A stretch of DNA of 32,151 nt from Klebsormidium nitens. Taxonomy: Eukaryota; Plantae; Klebsormidiophyceae. The notes beneath the pieces are model-generated. The model was given only the letters and a program-made list of their open reading frames with translations, made no database searches and had not been told where the DNA came from. The stretch spans positions 1 to 32,151 of the forward strand of contig DF237745.1 in the NCBI GenBank assembly GCA_000708835.1. The letters are read 5' to 3'. The position numbers were made by a program, and so were the translations under genes. This document shows, one piece after another, positions 22,983 to 32,151 of this stretch. Each line of letters begins with the position of its first letter. Position 1 is the first letter of the stretch.

Positions 22983-23050
22983 TGTCCCTGTCACTGTCAC
23001 TGTCCCTTGTCCCTCAGGGGCTGTATCTTGATCAGTCTGAGACAGTGACA
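22983..23050. promoter_or_regulatory. Array of TGTCNC hexamers upstream of PP2-A10
   Basis: Plus strand: TGTCCC TGTCAC TGTCAC TGTCCC t TGTCCC (22983-23013). Minus strand: TGTCTC (23039-23044) and TGTCAC (23045-23050). A regulatory function is inferred only. Confidence 0.35.
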
Positions 23051-23102
23051 CTAGGAGAGTGAGAGGTCTGAAACTGGCCCAGTGGGTTTGAACTTTGATC
23101 TT

Positions 23103-23361
23103 CAGTGGCACGGGGAATTCGCACCAAGCTCTTACGAAAATTATTTTTTTCCTTTTTTGAATTTCGCCCCAGGGTTTTGTGGATTATTTGAGTTTCGCAC
23201 TAGCCAAGATCTACAGTGTTTTAGGCACATTTTACGTGTTTCCAGGGTACATTTGAGTTTATTCTGATTTCGCACTTTCGCACTAAGGTCAAAATAATTC
23301 CCGGAAATTTTCGCACCGAGGCCATACGCATTATTTTTGGTGCGAATTCCCCGTGCCACTA
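23103..23361. mobile_element. MITE / non-autonomous DNA transposon with 24-bp perfect terminal inverted repeats
   Basis: AGTGGCACGGGGAATTCGCACCAA (23104-23127) is the exact reverse complement of 23337-23360. AT-rich, non-coding interior with TTTCGCAC at 23193, 23268, 23276 and 23309. No clean adjacent TSD. Confidence 0.85.
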
Positions 23362-23510
23362 CGGTAGACTTCGATCTGACTGTGCGCGGCCTGGCGCGCT
23401 ATCCGAGTCAGAGGCATATCGAACGTTTTATTTCTCGCCAGCTGGGACAGGTAGATAATCGACGGTCAAGATCTTCTTGTTTTCACATGGCCTTCCAACG
23501 ATATCGGAAT

Positions 23511-23555
23511 CCCGCACTAACCCAAACTAACCCGCACAAACCCCCGTACTAACCT
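23511..23555 (+). repeat. ~10-bp tandem repeat, 4 units, with an (A)CTAACCC core
   Basis: CCCGCACTAA CCCAAACTAA CCCGCACAAA CCCCCGTACTAA CCT. Confidence 0.65.
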
Positions 23556-23617
23556 CCCTGTAGAGAATACCGTAATACGTGCACAGTTCACTGTTCAGGC
23601 TTCAGCCTTCCACTTTC

Positions 23618-23650
23618 CAGCCTTCAGGTGCTTCAGCCTCAGGTGCTTCA
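23618..23650 (+). repeat. 15/16-bp tandem duplication upstream of the L28 gene
   Basis: CAGCCTTCAGGTGCTT (23618-23633) + CAGCCTCAGGTGCTT (23634-23648) + CA. Confidence 0.7.
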
Positions 23651-23758
23651 TGCGCGGACAGGCGCTTCGTTCTTGCGTTCAAGGAGCCCTTTCGAGTTCG
23701 AAAATCCGGCTTCACTCCTAGGGGTTAGAAGGAGGTTGGGTCTGAGGAACTCTGAGCA

Positions 23759-24743
23759 ATGCCTCTGGGGATCTGCCAGCATTTAGCTAGGGAAGTGATG
23801 AAAAGGGGCAGGCGTGGATTATATGCTGGGGAAAGAATACGCTTTGGGGATCAGATTAGTGAAGATGGAGGAAACAGGTGAGGAAAGTGTACCGAAAAGC
23901 GGGATAAGGTCATGGAGCTTGCTTCCCCTGCCAGTTGTCTGGATGTGGCAGTCTGCCTGCATTCAAGTAGCAATCAGAGGGTGGTAGATGCTTGTCCTAA
24001 TGAGCGACACTTTCTTCTGATTCATCTGGCAGTGGTAATGATATCCTTTGTAGTAAATGCTGATTTGGCTGCCCATGAACTTGAGTTTCCATGTGTGCAA
24101 GAGATGCAAGACTTCAGGTGAAACATCCCTTTGGTGATGCTCATGCACCAGCCCAAAAAAGGATCCTTTCTAGCTGTACTCAGGACGGATGGTTCATAGC
24201 ATTCTGGCCACCATCTGGCCACACTTCTTCCAGGATGCGCTATATATTTCGCATATAGTTCGAATGAATCTGCAGCATATTCATCACACTTAGACCATTG
24301 TAAACCACTTTTCAGACGCTCAATTGTGGAAGGATTTATTGCAAAACATAGATTTGCGTAACTTTCCGAGGCATTTTTTGAACCACCTAATGCAGCTGCT
24401 CAATCTCAGGCTTTGTGAGGCTTGAGGAGATTCTGGGGAGAAGTTTCTGCAGGACCTTTGAGCAGGGTGTCTTGGTGTTGTCTCCATGTACAGGACAAAG
24501 CGGACATGGAAGCCCAATGTGCAATGGAAGCGCGTGTTCAGTTTAGCTTTGGATGAAATGGTCAGAATACGTATGACTACACAAGCGCTGCACCAAATTG
24601 ATGCTGCCGGCGGCATTGATGAGTATCTGCTGAATACCCCACAAGAGAAGTTGAATTCAGATGTAGGAATGAAGCTCCGGGGCCGCATTGTGGAGGCACT
24701 TGCAATCAGGAAGAAAGAAAGGCTCGCACAAGTATCTCAATAA
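23759..24743 (+). CDS. rpmB: Mitochondrial ribosomal protein L28 (bL28m), 2 exons, 122 aa
   Basis: join(23759..23877,24494..24743) = 369 nt: RRGLYAGERIRFGDQISEDGGN|RTKRTWKPNVQWKRVFS..RIRMTTQALHQIDAAGGIDEYLL. This matches the plant mitochondrial L28 pattern. An in-frame TGA lies just upstream of the ATG. Confidence 0.92.
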
Positions 24744-25229
24744 GAGCATAGTTAGGAAGTTGTGAAACCCCCAGTTTGTACATATCAACAATCAAAAGCA
24801 CCTGTTTGGAGCGAATCTTGGATACTGGGGAGACATACACAGCAAGAGCAGTCGCGTCGCGTGACCAGCAGGAATGTACAGATTCTTGTACCTACAAAAG
24901 TAGGTAGTATTCCAATATCTCTTCTGTCAGTGAGATATGACGATCGAGACATTGGGCTTCGTTTCTGAGCCAATGTCAGAATTGAAAGGAACGATCGCAC
25001 ACTAAGTACCATAGGCCTCCACTTTTTATGTTGGTTTTTGAATAGATGTACAGATAGGGTCTAAGATGAGTGATTACGATTGTTGATCTGTTCACAGTGG
25101 TCATGTTCTACTTCATATACGTACTGGTTTGCTTCAAAGACAATTCCATAATGGTTTCGATGTTCAGCCTCTGCGGCCACGCATGCGGGAACGCTTACAC
25201 ATCTTGTGCAAGGTTTCAACTTCCATGCA

Positions 25230-25810
25230 ACTAGCACGATGGTATTACACTGCTAAAAGATATCTGGCAAACATGCAACTGAAATGCAGGATATGTATAT
25301 GCAGACGCGAAGCTTAAGTGATCTTCATGTATAATGGTAACTTCCAATTTATCAACTCGATCAATACACAGATATATATGCCGATCCGCCATCACTTAGG
25401 CTCAGGCCGCCCATGCACATATGCAGCTTTAATTCGATACCCAATTACTCCAATTGGCGTGCATGCTTCAGTGAATTGAGCGATTCTGTTAAGCTATATG
25501 GTTGCAAATTGAAGCTCGTATAGTCCGAAATTAGCATGAGTAAGACACCCATGTGAGACACCGACATACGTGCCATGGCTATAGCTACCAATGGCCAGTG
25601 ATCGAGGCCCAGTCGGGAATGCTGCAATTCGTAAATGTGTGTACATTGTTCAGCTGATCGGAAGTTATAAGTCCCGGCTCGCTGAGTATTATAGCTTCTT
25701 TACAATCATTTACGCAATACAAGAACTTGATTAGCTACCACGGCTAACATTTACTCGAGTTATAGTCCGTTCTTGATCTAGCTCATTTGGCCGGTCTGTT
25801 AGTATGGCTC
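25230..25810. other. Palindrome-dense patch in the L28/secE convergent gap
   Basis: About 27 palindromic 4-mers in 25401-25580. Includes CCAATTGG, GCATGC, GCCATGGC, GCTATAGC, CAGCTG, ACTCGAGT. Confidence 0.7.
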
Positions 25811-26141
25811 AGTTCATCATGTGTAGAGATTCTTTGATCACACGAAATTTGCAGCAACAGCAAGCGGCGGATTTAAGTAGATCTCTGAACACAAAGCAAA
25901 TCCTTCTTTGCAACTCCATGCTGCATAGCCCTTTTCGCACGTTCAAATAGCATGCTTGAAACGAACATACCGTGCAACTGCTGGGTTGACTGTACAGTGG
26001 GGCCCAACTTTGCAGAGACAGACAGTCTCGTAGTCCAAGGGCAACACAGTGCCTCATCGGAAAGCCAGATCAGACGGTCAAAGTCTACTGTTTCTCTTGT
26101 GCCTCAGGAAGGATTCTGACTCAACGAATCAAAAATGACAA

Positions 26142-27216
26142 TCAAAAGCCGAGGCTGCCCTTCACGGCGTCTCGGAGGGGCCCATCCTCGAAAAAAGCCT
26201 TCGTCCCTTCGGACAGGCCATAGTTGAGCACGGTGAGCGCAGTGGCGGCCCCCACCAGCATGCCCATCACCAGCGCGGTTGTCCCGGCCACCTGCCCCAG
26301 CGGCGGCCAGTTGATGAGCCCAATCTCCTCGAGCACCCCCGCGTAAAATGCGGAGCTGCTGCGCGCCGGCTCCCCACCGGGCACTCCCTGCAGAGCCTTG
26401 CGCAACGCCTGCAGTTCGGCAGCCTGCTCATCCGCAGACTGCGCCGCAGTGGGCTTGGCCTCCACCCCGTCTGACTGCTCTCGGGCTGCCCCCTCCGCAG
26501 CGGCTGTGCTCGTCACTGGCTCACTCGCTGGCTGGGCCTTCTGCTGAACCCCCTCTTGCGTCCTCTCTGTTTGTTTGGGCTGCACCAGGGTTGCATTGGC
26601 CTCCTCTTCCCGGGCCTTGCTTGGCGGCTGTGCAATGTTTTCTTGCTTCCCCTTTTGCTCTCCTGCTTCCTTCTGCTCTGGCCGCGGGGCGGGTGGCTTC
26701 AGCTGCAGTTTCTTGCCCACCAGGGCCACCTTCCCGCTTTGCTTCCGGGTCGCCTGTGCCCGCACACTTGTCCGGCCCGCCCCTCCTGCAACCCGGCGTC
26801 GCCTCCAGAAGTCTGCAGACCCTTGACCTTGGGCGCATCTACAACTTGTTTGGCAGCTGTGTGGACCCCATGTTCCCACATCTGTACTGTTCCAGCGGGC
26901 CCTGAGGGAAAGACGAGCAAACGAGGTGAGGCGAAACTCGCTGCTTACACAGAGTGATCGCCACATGGCAACATCGAAGTCAGACAACCAAGATGCCTGC
27001 TCCATCTTTGCCAACAAAATCTTTGGCCTGTTGAGGCGTCCACAACTCCTTCCCTGCATCAACGCAAGTTGCCCTCTTCCCTGGCGCATGCTCCAGTGCT
27101 CACCTGCCTGTGGGGGCCCATTGCAGCGCTGCTGCTCGAGACTGCCCCGTAGCGAGGGCCCCACGTGCGGCTCCTATCCCCGCACAGTGCAGCCGCTCCA
27201 ATGCTGTGACCGCCAT
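26142..27216 (-). CDS. secE: Plastid preprotein translocase subunit SecE (SECE1-like), 2 exons, ~290 aa
   Basis: complement(join(26142..26901,27104..27216)) = 873 nt; donor GCAG|GTGAGC, acceptor TTGCTCGTCTTTCCCTCAG. SecE core FYAGVLEEIGLINWPPLGQVAGTTALVMG..LTVLNYGLSE. Transit-like N-terminus MAVTALERLHCAG..SVRAQA. The exon-1 assignment is less certain than the SecE core. Confidence 0.85.
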
Positions 27217-27712
27217 GCCTGCGCACCAGCAAACAGACTCAAACACACAGGTAACAGGGATGCGTGTGCGATTCGTCATGCGGTGTGCATTCCGGTACAT
27301 TCACCAGAAAAGACCCATCACTTTCAAGAGGAGGCTTTGCGCGAGCACAGTCAGCAGGCGGGTGCCATAGCAGTGCAGCGCGCCGCGCCCTGGCAGGTGG
27401 TGGGCATGGGGAGCACACGCTGCAGTCACACTGCAACAGCTGTCTTGAATGCACCAGTTAGCAGGCCCAATCACCAACGGCCCTGCCAATGTGAAGCCAT
27501 CCCAGGCACTTGCTTGCCTTCCACCAGCAGCAGAGTGGTTTTGTTAGCGAAAAATGAACAGCATGTCCAGCCAGTGGCACCGTCTCACCGTCACGTTGCC
27601 CGTGCTGTGTCGGCCACACCTGACAGCGCTGGAAGCAATGGGTCCTGAAGCGGAGTCTCCGGCGACAACAGGCCAGGAATAGCTGCAGCCCACAAAAAGA
27701 ATGGCAGGTGAC

Positions 27713-27740
27713 GTAATGTAATGGAAATGTAATGTAATGG
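27713..27740. repeat. Short (GTAAT)n microsatellite-like repeat
   Basis: GTAAT GTAAT GGAAAT GTAAT GTAAT GG. Confidence 0.6.
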
Positions 27741-28688
27741 ACTGCTTGTTGGGGGCAGCGGAGAGCAGGCAAAAGAAAGCCCAGGAAGTAGGAGATGCAG
27801 CGGGCACTGCTAGTGCCCACAAAAGGATAACTTTTTTGGATTAAGTTGCCCGATACGTGCACGTCAATGACCAGCACAGCAACCTGCATATTGTGCTCTG
27901 CGTCATTCAGATAGGAGAGAACCATTTGAACGCGCCACATTCGACATACTAGCATAAGCAATGAAACTGGTCTGGGTAGATGCAGCCACAGAAAGAAGAA
28001 AAAGTACGGTCCCCACCTGCAGAATTCACCAACTGAAGCGAGCACTCCCGCCTGATTTCGATGTGAGCAAAGCACGACTGCTCCAAGCAACTTTTGTAAC
28101 CGCTCCTCACAGAATGGTGCCAATTACCGATTCCCTCTTCACCTCCCCCAATCTCAAGCTAGCGTACTGCAGTCTCACAATGCTGTAAAGGGGACAACCG
28201 ACAATTGCCCTCTCAAAATCCTTCGAATCCAATCAGAACCTGGGACCTTTGAAAGGACAGCCTTCTCGCACAAAGGGAGCCTTCAAAGACAGCCCTCTTC
28301 AACTTGGTCTCCAAGAAGACAGCAAGTTATTAATTTATAATAGAGAAGAAGCAGGCCGGTTGCCAAGCTGCCGTTTCCTGTGACGAGTGGAATTTTCAAG
28401 GCAGCAGCAAGCATTCCCAGGTAACGGATGGCACCGTTACGGGCCTCGGCGTGAGCTTAGAATGCTCAGTGAGAAGTCCGGTTTGAAATTTAATCAAGCT
28501 CAAAAACTGTGTGAGCTTCTTCGCAAGCAGAGGTCGGCTGCGGATCTGATCAATGCCAATGGGCTGCTGGTCCGTTCCTACAGTGTTGTGATCTGTACTC
28601 CTCATACTGGTCATAATCTCCTCCTGCCCCAGCCTTCAGGTGGTGGCAGGGCATCTGCTTTGCTGCACACCTTGTATTGTGTGGCGCC

Positions 28689-31600
28689 ATGCTCCGGGTG
28701 CGGCTTCCCCTTGCGTGGTCGCAGGGCGTGCCCCGCGGCGCTGCCTGGTCCGCTGTTTGGGAGCGCTGGGATGCTGCGCTGGGGGCGGGCCCTGCTCTTG
28801 CGGCGGAGGGGGCCGGTGTTGCGCCCGGCATGCTGGGGGCAGCGCCGGCGGCGGGGCAGCGCTGGGCGGCGCGCCTCATGTCCACCTTTGTGCGCAGGTG
28901 AGGCGCCAGCTGCGTGGTGGGATGAGGGCAGCGGGGGGCTCCGGGGTGCCGGTTTCGGGTTTAGATTGCTTAGGTGTCAGAGAAGCACGGACATCCGAGC
29001 AGAATGACTTGTATCTGCAGTCGACCAGCCATCAGCGTTTCCTTGATCGTCCTGCCAGCTTCTGGTCGCTGGGGCTCAGGGCTCGGAGCCTGGCTGCCTG
29101 CTATATCGTGCAGTGTGCCAGCACTGGTTGTCAGCGCAGTGGCTGGAAGCAGGCAGAGCGGTGCTGACTGCGTGCCCTGTGTGTGCGGTGCAGCAAGCCC
29201 CACCTGAACATCGGGACCATCGGGCATGTGGACCACGGCAAGACCACGCTCACGGCCGCCATCACCAAGGTCAGCGCCCGCATGCGCGCCATGATTGCTC
29301 GGGACGCTTGCTCCCTCTATGCTTCATGCTTCTCTGAGCAATGCTGGCAGGCAGGCCTGGTGCAGTGGGCCTGAGCCTGAGTGTGCTGGGTGCAGGTGTT
29401 GTCGGAGCAAGGGCAGGCTAAGGCGGTGGCGTTCAACGAGATTGACAAGGCCCCTGAGGAGAAGGCGCGCGGTATCACCATTGCCACGGTGAGACTCGCG
29501 CATCATGGCAACATGGCGTGCCTCTTCTCTCTTGTCCACTGCTTGCATGCTGCAGTGCGATGGAGTGGTGGTAGCGCTGCACGCTGGCTGGCAACTGCAC
29601 GTCCTGACTGGTTATACTGCTGGGGTGGCTGCAGGCCCACGTGGAGTATGAGACGGACAAGCGGCACTACGCCCACGTGGACTGCCCTGGTCATGCCGAC
29701 TACGTCAAGGTCAGCCCACCGACGGCCCACTTGTACGCAGGGAGACGCTTTATGTAATTTCGTGAAAGTACCGGTAATATTTCTGGGGTGCGCAGTGTGC
29801 CCCGATCCAGTCGAGACCCAGTCACCAAGCAGTCAGCATACCTGGCAGACATTGGTGGTTTACATATGGCCCGCATGTCCTCGAATGCAGACATCCAAAG
29901 ATCCAAAGGCAGGGGCCCAGCTAATGCAAAGATTCCCCTGCTTAGCATATCGACTGTGTTTCGTTGGCTTGCAAGGTTCTTGCAAGTGGAAATAGGTCAC
30001 AGTGGGCTTCATGACTACTCGCACATTTTTCGTAGGGCCTTGCAGCTTGTGGGCCTATGTTTGCCCCCCCACCCTTTCTGCCGGATCTGTCAACCAGTCA
30101 GGGTATGTCAACTTGGTTCTACAATTCCTGATTTGTGCTCCATCAGGTACTTCAGCCGTTTGCTCAGGTCTCTTTCGTCTGGGCTGCCCTGCTTGGCTGA
30201 CTGCTGCCGGTGGGTTGGCTTGTGTGTGCAGAACATGATTACGGGCGCAGCGCAGATGGATGGGGGCATCCTGGTGGTGTCGGCCCCCGATGGGCCCATG
30301 CCCCAGACGCGCGAACATATCCTGCTCGCTCGCCAGGTACGCGTTGTGCGCGCGTTTGCAACCGCCATGCGCTTTCTTTGACTGCAGCCCTCCTGAGTCA
30401 GTTGCGCTGCCTGTTGGAGACTCCCCGCGACTTGTTCGTTGCAATCGAGAGAGGGCGCTCTGACGGCGGCACGGTTGTGGGCGGGGTGCAGGTGGGCGTG
30501 CCGTCGCTGGTGTGCTTCCTGAACAAGGTGGATGCCGTGGACGACGAGGAGCTGCTGGAGCTCGTCGAGATGGAGCTGCGAGGTGGGCGGCGCAGGACAA
30601 GGCCCGAGGCTGCGGTCCTGCCGCAGTTCTTCGTTCCGGGAAATCTCACCTTATTCTGGCATGCAGTGGACAAACATGCTGGGTGCGGCTGTAGGCCAGC
30701 CATGGTTGCGACTAGGATTGGAGAAGTGTGATTTGGACGGGGCCAGGCTTCTGGGAGGGGGACGCGGCCTGCCTACTGACTGTGTGCCTGCTGCTGGTGC
30801 AGAGCTGCTGACGTTCTACAAGTTCCCGGGTGACGACATCCCGATTGTGCGCGGCAGTGCGCTGGCGGCGCTGGAGGGGCGCGACCCCGAGATTGGGCGC
30901 GACGCAATCTTGAAGCTGATGGCGGCGGTGGACGCGTACATCCCGGAGCCGGTGCGTCAGTTGGACAAGCCGTTTAGCATGCCCATCGAGGACGTCTTCT
31001 CCATCCAGGGCCGCGGCACCGTCGTCACGGGGCGGGTGGAGCAGGGCGTGGTGCGCACGGGCGAGGACGTGGAGATCGTGGGGATCAAGGAGAAGCCGCT
31101 GCGCACGACGATCACGGGCGTGGAGATGTTCAAGAAGACGCTGGACCAGGGCCAGGCGGGCGACAACGTGGGGCTGCTCATGCGCGGCCTCAAGCGCGAG
31201 GACGTGCAGCGCGGGCAGGTCGTGTGCAAGCCGGGCAGCGTGAAGACCGCGCGCCGCTTCGAGGCCGAGATCTACATCCTCACCAAGGAGGAGGGCGGCC
31301 GCCACACCGCCTTCTTCAAAAACTACCGCCCCCAGGTCAGCGCCCGCACATGTGCACCGCACCGGCAGGACCAGCCTCTCAACGGCCGGTGCCGCAGCCG
31401 GAGCAATCCACGCTGCACCATCCGCAGTCCTTAGCGTACGGCCTGCTCCTCGCTTGTTGGAGCAGTGCGTGCTGCACCTCATGCTGACACAGCTGGAGGG
31501 CCGCCGGATGCTCCTTGAATACTCTTTGAATGCCCTTGACCCGTGCAGTTCTATCTGCGCACCGCTGACATCACGGGGTCCATCACGCTGCCGGAGGGGG

Positions 31601-31896
31601 TGGAGATGGTGATGCCCGGCGACAACATCCGCGCCACGCTCGACCTGCTCACGCCCATTGCCCTCGACCCAGGTCAGCGCTTCCATCCTGTCATTGCAAG
31701 AGGATCATGCCTGGCAAGTGATTCTCTTACAGATTGACAAGAGGCACGTGCTTCCGGCCTGCGGACGCCTGTCAAACCTGGTCCAACTTGCTTTAAATTG
31801 ATCCCCCCTGTTGCATGCATTGCAGGGTTGCGGTTTGCGCTTCGAGAAGGCGGTAGAACTGTTGGAGCGGGGGTCGTTTCCAAGGTCCTGAGCTGA
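28689..31896 (+). CDS. tuf: Mitochondrial elongation factor Tu, 9 exons, 458 aa
   Basis: join(28689..28897,29194..29269,29396..29488,29635..29709,30232..30336,30492..30582,30803..31335,31549..31672,31826..31896) = 1377 nt. Motifs: [52 protein letters not shown] and [11 protein letters not shown] are of the plant mitochondrial type. Arg/Ala-rich presequence. Confidence 0.97.
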
Positions 31897-32151
31897 TTGG
31901 CACATTGCATATATGCTTACTTTTGAATCGAGATCATGGACAACGCCATGTGGCACAACGAATCTACGTGATTTGGCAGCTTGGCAGATTCATCATTGCA
32001 AGCATTAGTATTGGAACTTCGGATGCCCACTGCATGATGCCGTGTCACTCTACGAACCATTACGAAGGTGATTCGGCCTGGCCCGACCCATCCAATCGCT
32101 CATGATTTCAATCTTGAAATCGTGTCTACTCTGACATGTAACGATTACGAC

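Noticed and set aside
26902-27164. Single-exon secE model using the full 340-aa ORF
   Set aside because: A strong acceptor at 26902 and a phase-matched upstream exon (27216-27104) give a more plausible transit peptide, though RNA evidence is needed.
27713-27740. TGTAA copies as a chlorophyte-type poly(A) signal
   Set aside because: They lie in a divergent promoter gap with no supported plus-strand gene ending there; a microsatellite is the simpler reading.
26926-28123. ORFs of 240 aa (+) and 221 aa (-) between secE and tuf
   Set aside because: No recognisable domains, Cys/Trp-rich random composition and no consistent exon chain. The VLSYLND resemblance to 2OG-oxygenases is too weak.
31672-31684. 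Start of the last tuf intron reads GQRF, like the plant EF-Tu sequence, hinting at intron gain by duplication
   Set aside because: GTCAGCGC is a recurrent donor here and already yields GQR. Similarity stops after one more codon.
30712-31686. 324-aa minus-strand ORF, and similar long antisense or off-frame ORFs (8799..9617, 10936..11742, 12450..13196, 18535..19107)
   Set aside because: Shadow ORFs over GC3-rich exons of identified genes, with no recognisable motifs.
26142-31896. secE next to tuf, echoing the bacterial tufB-secE gene order
   Set aside because: The genes are divergent and intron-containing, and appear to come from different endosymbionts (plastid SecE, mitochondrial-type EF-Tu). 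Coincidence is more likely than an operon relic.
1-32151. CRISPR arrays, tRNA, rRNA or intronic C/D snoRNAs
   Set aside because: No regularly spaced repeat-spacer array, cloverleaf with T-loop context or convincing box C/D pair was seen by eye. An Infernal/tRNAscan run would be needed to exclude small RNAs.

Overview
Intron-rich eukaryotic nuclear DNA, most likely from a streptophyte green alga (Klebsormidium-like). This is inferred from plant-type mitochondrial EF-Tu and L28, a PP2-A10-like gene, GC3-rich exons and GT..AG introns. I reconstructed seven spliced genes by hand; every model has GT-AG junctions, matching phases and a length divisible by 3. They alternate strictly in orientation: plastid transaldolase (+), NagZ-type GH3 beta-N-acetylglucosaminidase (-), M16 zinc peptidase with a predicted twin-arginine thylakoid signal (+), PP2-A10-like (-), mitochondrial L28 (+), plastid SecE (-), mitochondrial EF-Tu (+). 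The first 2.8 kb is a frameshifted, intron-containing FEN1/XPG-fold nuclease ORF resembling the C-terminal part of an AcademX DNA transposon protein. It is followed by a degenerate minus-strand gene relic. A TIR-bounded MITE lies between PP2-A10 and L28. The least explained signal: each of the three convergent (3'-3') intergenic gaps contains a patch about 2.5-3x richer in short palindromes than chance, while the intron and divergent-gap controls I counted do not. I saw no rRNA, tRNA or CRISPR array. All counts are by hand and no database searches were run.
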